Part shown: positions 1-10,100 of the stretch, piece by piece
Layout of the letters: the number at the start of each line of letters is the position of its first letter
Position numbering within the stretch: position 1 is the first letter of the stretch
Assembly: GCA_017479485.1 (NCBI GenBank)
Contig: JAFVCC010000051.1
Location: 1-43,892, forward strand
Source: Bacilli bacterium
Lineage (GTDB): Bacteria; Bacillota_I; Bacilli_A; RFN20; CAG-826
Direction of reading: 5' to 3'
DNA: 43,892 nucleotides
Program-made: the position numbers and the translations under genes
The notes under the pieces: model-generated
The model's input: the letters and a program-made list of their open reading frames with translations, nothing else
Database searches by the model: none
What the model was told of the DNA's origin: nothing

Positions 1-1
1 G

Positions 2-151
2 TTCCGCTATTACGAAACGGGGAAACCGAATAGGTTTTGGGTCGCGCCGGATAACCTAGAACCGGAGGCATTCAAAAAGCCCAGCTGGAAACGGCTCGCC
101 AAAAAGGGGCGGAAGCTAAATGCCAAAATGAAGGAAAACATAGGCAAATAG
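2..151 (+). CDS. 3' end of an ORF truncated by the window edge; probable IS1182-family transposase C-terminus
   Basis: Frame 2 is open to TAG at 149-151 (FRYYETGKPNRFWVAPDNLEPEAFKKPSWKRLAKKGRKLNAKMKENIGK). The basic tail and downstream end motif resemble IS1182 elements as I recall them. Confidence 0.45.
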   Translation, partial: FRYYETGKPNRFWVAPDNLEPEAFKKPSWKRLAKKGRKLNAKMKENIGK

Positions 152-202
152 GTTTTCGAACAATCTAAGATTGTTCGTTAACTCCCAACAAGAAATCACA
201 AC

Positions 203-260
203 AAAAAGGGCTGTCCTTTTTGCTCATTTTATTTCATGAGTTTTCGAACAGCCCCTTTTT
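203..260. mobile_element. Probable IS right end / inverted repeat, also terminator-like
   Basis: AAAAAGGGCTGT (203-214) is nearly complementary to ACAGCCCCTTTTT (248-260). GAGTTTTCGAACAGCCCC resembles IS1182-type termini. Confidence 0.45.
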
Positions 261-363
261 AACATTCGCCTAATGGGCAAGACAAGGAACCGAAGAATTT
301 TCCTAGGCGCCTCCGCAATTCTTTTTGATCGCCCCAGGGTTAGCTGCTAAGCTAATGTGAGTT

Positions 364-2607
364 ATGATCCAGGTTGAAAAACAAGCCCCATTAGGAACTG
401 GGGCAATCCTTAACGGCATCGCCTATTATTGCGACACCATCGAAGCGTTTTTGCTCACCAAAGGCGGGGACATCCTCGACCGCCTGCTCCGCGCGACGCC
501 GATGGAAGACCTTCATCTAGAGGAGCAAAAATATGCCTGGCGCGAGGAGATCCGCTGCCTGCAAGCAAGGCTTAAGGAACTCGGCGCGAAAGGCTATGTC
601 GTTTTTGAATACAACATCGTCCGCATGGCCAAGCGCATCGACGTGGTTTTGCTGCTCCGTAACGTCGTTTATTCCCTCGAATTCAAGGTAGGGCAGAAAT
701 ACGCTCCCGAAAGCATCGAGCAAGCCCTCGATTACGCTCTTCGCTTGCGCAGTTTCCACAAGATGAGCCAGGACATGTATATTTGCCCTGTCCTCATCGC
801 CACCGAGGAGAATGACTCCTTCTTTAATCCTTATGAAGACGGCAGCAAAACCATCGGCTTGCAGAAGACCAACGACAAGAAACTTGGCCAGATCATCGAA
901 CGTATTGATAAAGCTTATGGCTGCGACGACGATTTCGACTTCAACCGCTGGTTCTATTCCGAATACCACCCAAGCCCAAGCATCGTCGAAGCGGCGGTGG
1001 ACGCCTTTAACTCGGTCCCCGTCTCCTCGATCGCCCATAGCGAGGCCGGGCAAGAAGGCATCGACTCGTGCGTGGCCTCGGTGAACGAAGTCATCGAATA
1101 CGCAAAACGCGAAAAGAAGAAGTGCCTTTGCTTCGTCACCGGCGTGCCTGGGGCGGGTAAGACGCTTGTGGGCTTAGATATCGCCGCGCAGCATAGCGAC
1201 ATCAAAGATGACCTCTACTCGGTATATATCTCAGGCAATGGCCCGCTGGTCGATGTCTTGCAGGAAGCTTTGGCCAAAGCTTGGCTTGAAGCCGAACGCG
1301 TCAAATCCAAAGCGGAAGGAAGAAGGGAAGCCAGCGCCCTCATCCAAGACGCCTACGAATTCCGTAACCATTACCTCAATTCCCCCGAAACTCCCTACGA
1401 GAAAATCCTCATCTTCGACGAAGCCCAGCGCGTCTGGAACAAGGAAAAAGTGGATAACTTCTACTTGGAACGCAAGAAAGGCGACGAAACCACCTTACCG
1501 AATGCCTCCGAGGCGGAACTTGCCATCCGCTTCATGGACCGTCACAAAGATTGGGCCGTCATCGTCTGCCTCGTCGGCTTAGGACAAGACATCCATAATG
1601 GCGAAACCGGGGTCTTTGGCTGGTTCCACGCCATCTTGGACCGTTATCACGATTGGGAGGCGTTCTATTCGCCCTTCCTTTTCGGCAGCAGCGTTACCGA
1701 TGAGGCGGAAAAGCTCGCGATCTCTTCCTTCCCGGGATCAAAAGAAGTGCCGGGCCTACACCTCAAAGTGTCCGTGCGTTCCTTCCGCGCGGAAAAAGTC
1801 AGCTCCTTCGTCAACGACCTCGTCGACGGACATGGGACCGGCGCGAAGGAAGCTTTGCCCGACATCCAAGGCAAATACCCGATCTATGTCACCCGTGATT
1901 TAGAAACCGCCAAGCGCTGGCTCCGCGATAAGAAAGTCGGCTCGCAGCGCATCGGCATGATCGCCTCTAGCGCCGCCAAAGACTCTGTTTCTAACGGCAT
2001 CGACGTCCCTGGAAGGTTCTTCACTTGGCCCGATTGGTTTCTCAAAAGCGGGGCAGATGACCCCTCTTCCTCCAATTCTCTCTCCTTCGCCGCGAGCGAA
2101 TTCAATATTCAGGGCCTCGAGATCGATTGGGCCTTGGTCTATTGGGGCGCGGATTTCCGTTATGAGGAGGGCGACTTCATCCAATATGTCCTCCATTACC
2201 GTCGTCCCCGCCAGGTATGGGACCGCGCGTTAGAAAGTAAATTCCGCAACTCCACCGCGGAAGAGAAGGCGCGCTGGATTCGCAACGCCTACCGCGTCAA
2301 CTTGACCCGCGCAAGGCAAGGCATGGTGATCTATGTTCCTTATGGAAGCGATGATCCTTTAGACGTGAATTACCATGGCAATTATGACGGCGTCTATGAA
2401 TACTTGACGAAAGAAATCGGGCTACCTACTCTTGATGGGGTGGTGATTGCCACCAAAGGGGAGGGCTATAAGATGGCGGGTCCCGACATGAAACGCATTC
2501 AAGAGAAACTGCTTCAGCTCAAAACCCTCTACGAAAGTGGAGCCCTATCCGAAAAGGATTATGAGTCCCGGAAGAGCATGGTCCTCGATAACTGGTTACA
2601 AGAATGA
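364..2607 (+). CDS. DUF2075 (Schlafen group 3-like) helicase with N-terminal nuclease-like domain and C-terminal SHOCT-like domain
   Basis: Walker A GVPGAGKT, Walker B IFDEAQR, LVGLGQDI, IQGLEIDW and NAYRVNLTRARQG. N-terminal RIDVV..LEFK motif. C-terminal LLQLKTLYESGALSEKDYESRK. Confidence 0.85.
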   Translation: MIQVEKQAPLGTGAILNGIAYYCDTIEAFLLTKGGDILDRLLRATPMEDLHLEEQKYAWREEIRCLQARLKELGAKGYVVFEYNIVRMAKRIDVVLLLRNVVYSLEFKVGQKYAPESIEQALDYALRLRSFHKMSQDMYICPVLIATEENDSFFNPYEDGSKTIGLQKTNDKKLGQIIERIDKAYGCDDDFDFNRWFYSEYHPSPSIVEAAVDAFNSVPVSSIAHSEAGQEGIDSCVASVNEVIEYAKREKKKCLCFVTGVPGAGKTLVGLDIAAQHSDIKDDLYSVYISGNGPLVDVLQEALAKAWLEAERVKSKAEGRREASALIQDAYEFRNHYLNSPETPYEKILIFDEAQRVWNKEKVDNFYLERKKGDETTLPNASEAELAIRFMDRHKDWAVIVCLVGLGQDIHNGETGVFGWFHAILDRYHDWEAFYSPFLFGSSVTDEAEKLAISSFPGSKEVPGLHLKVSVRSFRAEKVSSFVNDLVDGHGTGAKEALPDIQGKYPIYVTRDLETAKRWLRDKKVGSQRIGMIASSAAKDSVSNGIDVPGRFFTWPDWFLKSGADDPSSSNSLSFAASEFNIQGLEIDWALVYWGADFRYEEGDFIQYVLHYRRPRQVWDRALESKFRNSTAEEKARWIRNAYRVNLTRARQGMVIYVPYGSDDPLDVNYHGNYDGVYEYLTKEIGLPTLDGVVIATKGEGYKMAGPDMKRIQEKLLQLKTLYESGALSEKDYESRKSMVLDNWLQE

Positions 2608-2993
2608 AGACATTACGAGTCGTCGCAGCATATATAGAGAAAGACGGCTGCATTTTCGCCGCAAAACGCGCCTATGGATTCCTCAAAGGAAGATGGGAAT
2701 TCCCCGGTGGCAAAATCGAAGCGGGGGAGACCCCGGAAGAGGCGATCGTTAGGGAAATCAAGGAGGAACTCGATACCGACATCGCCGTCGATGGCTTCTT
2801 CATCAACGTTCAATATGACTATCCGGAGTTCCATCTCGACATGGATGTCTTTCGTTGCCACGTGATCGGAGGAAGGCTGGAAGTGAATCCAGAGATCCAT
2901 GGTGAAGAAGCCTTCATCCCTAAGGAATCGCTGCTTGAGGAGCAGTGGTGCCCGGCGGATGAAATCATCGCGAAACGGATCGTTCAAGGGTAA
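2604..2993 (+). CDS. NUDIX hydrolase, MutT/NudG-like (deoxy)nucleoside triphosphate pyrophosphohydrolase
   Basis: Nudix box WEFPGGKIEAGETPEEAIVREIKEEL; ATGA overlap with the upstream gene. Confidence 0.92.
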   Translation: MKTLRVVAAYIEKDGCIFAAKRAYGFLKGRWEFPGGKIEAGETPEEAIVREIKEELDTDIAVDGFFINVQYDYPEFHLDMDVFRCHVIGGRLEVNPEIHGEEAFIPKESLLEEQWCPADEIIAKRIVQG

Positions 2994-3146
2994 TCAGCTA
3001 TCTCCGCAAATTATGGATAAAACGGAAAATAACGGCTTTTTGCCGTGAATTTTGCGCAATTTTAGTTCATTTAAGCTTTCTTGTTATTGCGAAAAACGCG
3101 ATTTTGTTATCCTCTTAATATAGATATAACGCGAGGAGGTTTTCCC

Positions 3147-4253
3147 ATGTCCAACTACAAAACCATGATTTCCCTTCATTCTTATAATGGCACCTTAGGC
3201 GCCGCGATCGGCGACGTCTATGGGTCTTACTACGAATTCCAGCATGGACCCAAAACCCCAAAGCATGAGATCCGCATCCATGAATCCTCATGCTTCACCG
3301 ACGATACTGTCCTCACCGCTGCCGTTGCGGATTACCTCAAACGTAAGACGTCGGGGGAAAACGTGTCTCCGACGCAAGTCGTCCAAGCCTGGGCGCGGAA
3401 ATATGCCGATGCCGGATATGGCGGCTATTTCCGTTATCACTGGCTTTATAACGACGATCCGAAACCCTATAACTCCTTTGGCAACGGCTCGGCGATGCGG
3501 GTCTCTTCCGTCGCCTATTTCGCCAATGATTTAAAGGAAGTTGAGGAACTCGCGACGGAAGTGACCGCGATTACCCATAACCATCCTGAAGGCATCAAAG
3601 GAGCGGTGGTCATCGCCACCGCCATCTTCATGGCCTTCAATGGAGCCTCCCGCGAGGAGATTGGTAACTATGCTTCAAAGCGTTACGACCTCAATCTGGA
3701 TTACGATGCCATGATGAAAGAACTCGGCCATGGCGAAGAAATCTGCCAAGTCACCGTACCCCAAGCGCTTTGGTGCTTCCTCCATAGCGATTCCTTCGAG
3801 GACTGCCTTAGGCTATGCCTTCATCTACGCTTCGACGCGGATACGTTAGCCGCGATTGCTTGTCCTATCGCTGAAGCCTTCTATAAAGAGATACCCGAAG
3901 AGTTTATACTCGAGACTAAAGCGAGGCTGCCTCAAGATATCCTTGCCGCGTTAGAAAGCGTGCCCAAGGCAACTAAATATTGCCTAGAGCAGGGGCATAG
4001 TCCGTCGTTAGAGAATTATTGCCTTGTTTTTGCCGCGTTTCCCTTGGGCGGGAAAAGAGAAAACGCCAATGGGAAAAGCAGCGCAAACTTAGCCTTTTAC
4101 AGCGCAAACTTAAATGTCCTACGCAAAAAACGTCGAAGTGGTGGGATGAACTCTGATCATTTATCGAAGCGAAAGACCATAGCCCCTGTCGAGCCGCGTC
4201 AATTCCGCTTAAGCGCGATTAGTAAAGGGAGGAATCAATCTCTCCCTTCCTGA
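3147..4253 (+). CDS. ADP-ribosylglycohydrolase family protein; the last ~95 aa are probably read-through
   Basis: GAAIGDVYGS, FTDDT, SFGNGSAMRVS, THNHPEG and DADT motifs; SD GGAGG before ATG 3147. Confidence 0.88.
   Translation: MSNYKTMISLHSYNGTLGAAIGDVYGSYYEFQHGPKTPKHEIRIHESSCFTDDTVLTAAVADYLKRKTSGENVSPTQVVQAWARKYADAGYGGYFRYHWLYNDDPKPYNSFGNGSAMRVSSVAYFANDLKEVEELATEVTAITHNHPEGIKGAVVIATAIFMAFNGASREEIGNYASKRYDLNLDYDAMMKELGHGEEICQVTVPQALWCFLHSDSFEDCLRLCLHLRFDADTLAAIACPIAEAFYKEIPEEFILETKARLPQDILAALESVPKATKYCLEQGHSPSLENYCLVFAAFPLGGKRENANGKSSANLAFYSANLNVLRKKRRSGGMNSDHLSKRKTIAPVEPRQFRLSAISKGRNQSLPS
4079..4112 (+). repeat. 13-bp direct repeat with 21-bp period (possible operator)
   Basis: CAGCGCAAACTTA at 4079-4091 and 4100-4112. 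Confidence 0.7.
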
Positions 4254-4612
4254 GCTAAAGGTTTTCTTCGCTGCTCCAGCAAGCAGTAGAAGTTCATGAG
4301 CCAGCTTACCCCCAATATGCCTATCGGATCAACAACGCGAAGAATAACGACACCGTGTTTGATGGTTACCCATTCCCTTGATGCCATGCCAGCTTAACGT
4401 AGCAATATCGCTTTGTTTTTTTGGAATAACATGCCGATAGCAAAAAGAAGGAAGAGGTAAAAAGAGGAAATGGGGAGGGATTTACGGAGATTTCCGCTCA
4501 TTTTGGCCTCCAAACTAGGATTAATTGTTCTCCCATTAAAACGACGGAAACAAAGCGTAAGCAGGGGAGACATCGGAACGCGAAGCCACTCAAAGTCCCC
4601 AAAGCAAGGAGC
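4235..4612 (-). pseudogene. Frameshifted remnant of the 3' part of the membrane-protein gene at 16762-17586
   Basis: Exact shared 17-mer (4339-4355 = 16861-16877) and 22-mer (4474-4495 = 16998-17019). The remnant ends PIGILGVSWLMNFYCLLEQRRKPLAQEGRD* versus PMGLLGLSGLMSLYHLLEKRKALAIEER* in the intact gene. Confidence 0.85.
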
Positions 4613-4848
4613 AAATTAGTCGTCGCGGAGCGGCGGAAATGCAACACGCAACGAGGGAAATCTTTTATCTGTCTTTTCTATAGAAGGACGCTTCAAATCA
4701 GAAAACATCCAAAATGGAAATTGCATTTCACGTCGCAAAAATATCGCTTCGCGTCGATTGGTCTTTCTAATGGAGTGCCTGCTTCTTATTCTTTTTCCGC
4801 GCAAGCGCATTAGATGTGTACTCCCGCGTTCGCTGCGAAATAATAGTA

Positions 4849-5565
4849 ATGAAAACGATTCGAGTTGCCATCGTAGACGACGAACAGGCTCCAGCCTACC
4901 GTCTTTTTTCATTTCTCAATAATTTCGCGGAGAAACAGGGCTTAAAAATCGATACGGCGGTTTTCGATAAACCCCTCGCCTTCTTGGCCGCGTTCCATTG
5001 CGATTACGACGTTGTCTTCCTCGACATCGAAATGGAGCCGATGAACGGCATCGCATTGGCGAAGAAAATCCGTGAGAAAGACTCCACGGTCTTTTTGATC
5101 TTCGTTACCAACCTCGCCCAATACGCGATCGAAGGCTATAGCGTCTCCGCCTTCGACTACATCCTTAAGCCCGTCGTCGAGAACGCCTTTGAGCTCAAGA
5201 TGTCCCGTCTGCTGAAGAAGCTCTCCGCGGACGTCGAGGAAAAAATCAGCATCCGCACCAACCGGGAAACCCTTGCCGTCGACGTCCACGACATCGAATA
5301 CATCGAGCCGAACAACCACCACGTCATCTACCATTTCGTCGACAAGACCATCGAGTCCTATGAGGCGATGAAAGACGTGGAGAAGCGCCTGCCTCCTCAT
5401 TTTGCCAAGTGCAACCGTTATTACCTCGTCAACATGGCAAGGGTGAGCGCGGTGCGCGGGGATTCGGTATACCTTGGAAAAACGGAACTCAAAATCAGCC
5501 GCAGCGAAAAGAAAGAGTTTTTGAGGAGACTCTCCGATTATCTCAGCGTAAGGGGGTCCCGTTAA
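4849..5565 (+). CDS. LytTR-family response regulator
   Basis: Receiver motifs IVDDE, FLDIEM, FVTN, DYILKP; LytTR C-terminus FAKCNRYYLVNM...ISRS. Confidence 0.92.
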   Translation: MKTIRVAIVDDEQAPAYRLFSFLNNFAEKQGLKIDTAVFDKPLAFLAAFHCDYDVVFLDIEMEPMNGIALAKKIREKDSTVFLIFVTNLAQYAIEGYSVSAFDYILKPVVENAFELKMSRLLKKLSADVEEKISIRTNRETLAVDVHDIEYIEPNNHHVIYHFVDKTIESYEAMKDVEKRLPPHFAKCNRYYLVNMARVSAVRGDSVYLGKTELKISRSEKKEFLRRLSDYLSVRGSR

Positions 5566-5566
5566 C

Positions 5567-6856
5567 ATGGATGCGAACTATGTCATGGTCGTCATGGCGG
5601 AGATGCTCATCGCGACCGCCTTGTTCAGCCTGTCTTACCCGCGGAGAAAATTATTCGTCGTCCGCGTCAACGTCTCCCTCGGGGCGAGCATCGGCCTCGC
5701 CTACGTCCTTGGGCGCTTCTTGCCCTCGACGTCCATTTTCCGCTTTCTGAACTTCCTGCTGCAGTACGTCCTTTGCTCCGCCTGCGTGCTTTGCTGCTAT
5801 AAGACCAGCATCATCGCCGCGATGCTCTCTGGCGCCCTAGGCTACGCAACCCAGCATTTCGCCTATAACTTTTCCTCTTTTATCGGGGTGTGGTGGAGTT
5901 ATAACAAGGTCGTTACGCTGCCAAACTACTATCTCTACACCCTCTTGACGGACCTAACGTTCAAAGCTCCCGTGTACGTCGGCTTTTATTTCGCCTTCGC
6001 CCGCCCGATCACCGGCGTGGAAATGAAAGGACGGCATCGCGTCGCGGCCATCATCACGGCGATCCTCACCGTTTTGGTGTGCGTGGGCATCAACCGCTTC
6101 GCCCGCGATAACGCCCGACGCGACACCAACACGGTCATCGCGGAATCGCTTTATGCGATGGTGTGCTGCCTTGCTTCGTTATTCATCACCCTCTTCTTGA
6201 GGAAAACCCATGACCTCCGGATGAACGAAGACGTCCTTCGCCATCTTCTCGCCGAAGAGAAGCACCAGCTCGACGTGAAGAAGGAAAACGCGGAATATGT
6301 CCATCTGAAATACCACGATCTCCAAAAGAGGCTTCAGAAGTTCAACGGAAGGCTCTCCCAAGAGGAGATCGGCGAAATCACCGAGGCCATCGCCATCTAT
6401 GATTCCCCGTTTAAAACCGGGAACAAGACCCTCGACGTCATTTTGACTTCCATCCATCAATATTGCATCGGCAAAGGCATCTCGATGACGTTCCTTGGCG
6501 ATGGGGCATCCTTAGGTTTCCTTGAGGAAGGGGAGATGTATTCCTTGGTCGAAAATGCTTTCGATAACGCGATCGAGGCGGTCGCGAATCTGCCCGAAGA
6601 AGCGCGGCAGATTTCGGCGACGCTGCATCGCTCGGGCGACCTCGTGAGCTTCAACGTCGTCAATTTCTTTGAGGGCAGCCTCGCCTTCGACCGCGGCTTG
6701 CCCAAGACCTCCCACGTTGGGGAGCAGGGGTTCCATGGCTATGGCATGGTCTCCATGAAGCACATCGCGGAGAAATACCAGGGCGGCTTGTCCGTCAACG
6801 CGGAAGACAACATCTTCTCTTTAACGGTTTACTTAATCTGCCCCACGGAGGCTTAA
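5567..6856 (+). CDS. Multi-pass membrane sensor histidine kinase (GHKL, AgrC-like)
   Basis: About 6-7 hydrophobic segments, H-box KYHDL, N-box ENAFDNAIEA, G-box HGYGMVSM. Confidence 0.9.
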   Translation: MDANYVMVVMAEMLIATALFSLSYPRRKLFVVRVNVSLGASIGLAYVLGRFLPSTSIFRFLNFLLQYVLCSACVLCCYKTSIIAAMLSGALGYATQHFAYNFSSFIGVWWSYNKVVTLPNYYLYTLLTDLTFKAPVYVGFYFAFARPITGVEMKGRHRVAAIITAILTVLVCVGINRFARDNARRDTNTVIAESLYAMVCCLASLFITLFLRKTHDLRMNEDVLRHLLAEEKHQLDVKKENAEYVHLKYHDLQKRLQKFNGRLSQEEIGEITEAIAIYDSPFKTGNKTLDVILTSIHQYCIGKGISMTFLGDGASLGFLEEGEMYSLVENAFDNAIEAVANLPEEARQISATLHRSGDLVSFNVVNFFEGSLAFDRGLPKTSHVGEQGFHGYGMVSMKHIAEKYQGGLSVNAEDNIFSLTVYLICPTEA

Positions 6857-6897
6857 TTCCGTACTTTTACCCGACTAAAGGCGGAAAAGACCCCAAT

Positions 6898-7027
6898 TTC
6901 TACAATCATTTTTGCAATAGCCTTGTAAATATTTTGCAATTAGGTAGTAAAAATGCCTGCTTTTCGCGTTGCAATTTTGGCCTTCCACGGCGATTCCGTT
7001 TCGTGCAATGAAAGCGGTTTCTACAAT
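6898..7027 (+). promoter_or_regulatory. Candidate LytTR-binding direct repeats upstream of the GH3 operon
   Basis: TTTTGCAAT at 6910-6918 and 6932-6940 (22-bp period), with related TGCAAT/TTCTACAAT copies nearby. Confidence 0.5.
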
Positions 7028-7136
7028 TTTCGTAAATCGTGGGAAGAACTTTTTGCGCAGAAGGTTCTTTCCATGGACTTGCGACGGAAGTAGCTGCTCC
7101 GTCGCCCGTCCAAAAAATCTAAGGAGGTAAACTTAA

Positions 7137-10100
7137 GTGTTTACGAAAAAAGCGAAGACTCGCAAAAGAGCGTTCCTCGTCCTCGCCGGTGCGGCTTTTG
7201 CCGCGATGGCCGTCGGAGTAGGCGCCTCGATTGCGAACCCCATCTCCACCAATGCGATCAACATGGACTACAAGGGTGTTTTCACATCCGATTACTCCTC
7301 CCTCGCCGAAGCCAAGGCCGCTGCCGATGAGCTCAACGTCGAAATCGCCGCAGAAGGCGACGTTTTGCTGAAAAACGATGGCTCCCTCCCGTTCTTTGGC
7401 GATGAGAAGATCTCTGTCTTTGGCCGGGCGCAGGATAGCATGCAAGGTGCTACCGGTAGCGTAAGTCTCCCCGTCGCTTTGGCCAACGAAGGTTTCAAGG
7501 TCAACCCGTCTCTTCAGTCCTATTATTCAAGCGTCGGCACCTCTATCGGTGTCGAAGACGCTGCGTTCGATGCTTCCATCGAGCAATCCTTCGCGCTTTA
7601 TAACGACGCGGCCGTGGTCATCTTCTCTCGCGGCGGCACCGAAGGCGCAGACTTGAACACCGTCACCAACGAAGTCGAGGACAATAAGGATGGCGATGGC
7701 AACTCTTATGATTGGGAACACCAGGCCCTCTACGACAATCCTGATGACGATAAGGGCGCGTTCAAGCATTACCTGCAGCTCACCGATTCCGAAGAAGCGC
7801 TTCTTGCCAACGTAAAGAAGAACTTCAAGAAGGTCGTGGTCGTGATCAACACGTCCAACGCGATGGAACTTGGCAACCTCCAGGATGACCCCGCCATCAG
7901 CGGCATCATCTGGATTGGCCGTCCGGGTTCCACGGGCCTACGAGGACTCGCGAAGATCCTTAACGGCGAAGTCAACCCCTCGGGCCGCATGGTCGATGAG
8001 TGGATGAGAGACTTCACCGCCGATCCCGTCTGGCAGAACTTCGGCACCAATAAGCAAGTGGGCACCGAACACCTCTATGACTACACCCAAGAACTTCAGG
8101 CCTTTGGCATCAAGTCCCCGAAGCCGGGCAGCGGCAATGGAATGGTCGGTGGCGATGGCTACTATGGCATCGACTACGACGAAGGCATCTACCTCGGATA
8201 TAAATATTACGAGACCGTCTATGCCGAGTTGCTCCGCGACGCGACCATCCGTTACGACCGCAATACCCGCAAGATCGTCAAGAAGGGTGCCATCATCGGT
8301 GAATACAACGCCGCCGAAGCCGCTGAAGAGTGGTGGAAGTTCGCGGTCGTATATCCGTTTGGCTATGGCCTCTCCTACACCGAATTTGAAGAAGAGCTCG
8401 GCAGTATCTATTACTTCGACGATGGCAAGAAACTCCTCCCGACGAGCGTCGGACCGGAACTCTTCAATTCCTCCGAAGCTAGTGGCAAGGCCAAGGTCGA
8501 GAAACTCTATGTCCCCGTCAAAGTCACCAACACGGGCAAAGTCGCGGGCAAGCAGGTCGTCCAAGTCTACGTTACCGCTCCTTATGAGGACGGAAAAATC
8601 GAAAAAGCGGCCGTAAACCTCGTTGGTTTTGCGAAAACAAGCCGTCTCCGCCCCGGACAGAGCGAGACCGTCACCGTCGAGATCAATGTCCAGGATTTCT
8701 CCTCCTTCGACTACAACGACGCGAACGGAAACGACAAGCGTGGTTATGAGCTCGACGCCGGCGAATATTCCATCAAGGTCATGAAGGATTCCCACCGCGT
8801 GAGCGATTCCTATGAATTCAACCTCACCGGCGACGCCTTCCTCGAACTCGACGACTTCAGCCACAACAAGGCGATCCCCGTCTTCTCCAACCATGACTCC
8901 TTCGACACCGTCCGTGGCAACTACTCCACGAACGAAAACGACAAGTACCTCAACGTCAACGCGACCGACGATGCCGGACAGAAACTCCTCAGCCGCACCG
9001 ATTTGAGCGTCGTCGACGCCCAAGGCCTTGTCATCACCGCCGCGGAGCGCAAGCTCTCCGACGACTTCGTGAAGTCGATCCTCTATTACACCGCCTTCAA
9101 CACCAACGATCAGGCGAACTTCGCCGACGATAAGGCCGATAAAGACGCCTACTTCAAGGATAACCTCCTCACCGGCGACCACGAGGGTCACCTCAGCTGG
9201 TACCGCACCGCGGCCGAACTCGATGCCCTCACCGACGGCTGGAAGCAAGTGGCGGCCCACGAAGAAGGCAACGCCGACATCTTGTATCGCCTCTCCGATA
9301 TGGCGGGCCTCGACTATGAGGACAACGTCACCGTTATCAGCGGCGGCAAGTTCGACGGCAAGACCCCGAAGGCGGCTTGGGACCTCTTCATGAACCAGCT
9401 CACCTGGTCCGAAATTCAAACCGTCATCAACTCCGCAATGCGCAAAACCCAAGCCATCAACTCCATCGGCAAATCAGCCACGAACGATCCCAACGGCCCG
9501 AACGACTACGGCGGAAAGTACTGGTGCGATGAGACCGTCGTCTCCTCGACATGGAATGTCGATCTTGGCGAACAATACGGCATCATCAACGGCAACATCG
9601 CCATGTTCTCCGGCAATGGCGGTTGGTATGGCCCAGCCATGAACACCCACCGTTCGCCCTTCTCTGGACGTAACAACGAATACTATTCGCAAGATGGTTA
9701 CCAAGGCGGCGCGATGGCCGCTGCGGTCATCCACGGCGCACAAAGCCGCGGCATCAACGTCTGGGCGAAGCACATGTTCATGAACGACCAGGAAGAGAAC
9801 CGCTCCAGGCAGTGCCTCTTCACCTGGGCTTCTGAGCAAGCGATCCGCGAAATCTATGCCAAGCAGTTCCAGATGGGTCTCCAGGAAGGCGAAGGCTCCG
9901 CTTCGATGGTCGCCTATAACCGTATCGGCGGCGTCGTCGCTTGCGTCAACTACGCGTTCCAGACTCGCCTCCTCCGCGATGAGTGGGGATGGAAGGGCGT
10001 CCTCGTTACCGACTACTACGGCAACAACGCCATCCAAGCGAACTCCATGGACCTCATCACCCGTACCGGCGGCTGCCTCCCCGATGGCACCGCTAGTGGC

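Noticed and set aside
4616-4912. 98-aa minus-strand ORF
   Set aside because: Overlaps the response regulator start, has atypical composition, and shows no visible similarity to the 5' part of the 16762-17586 gene.
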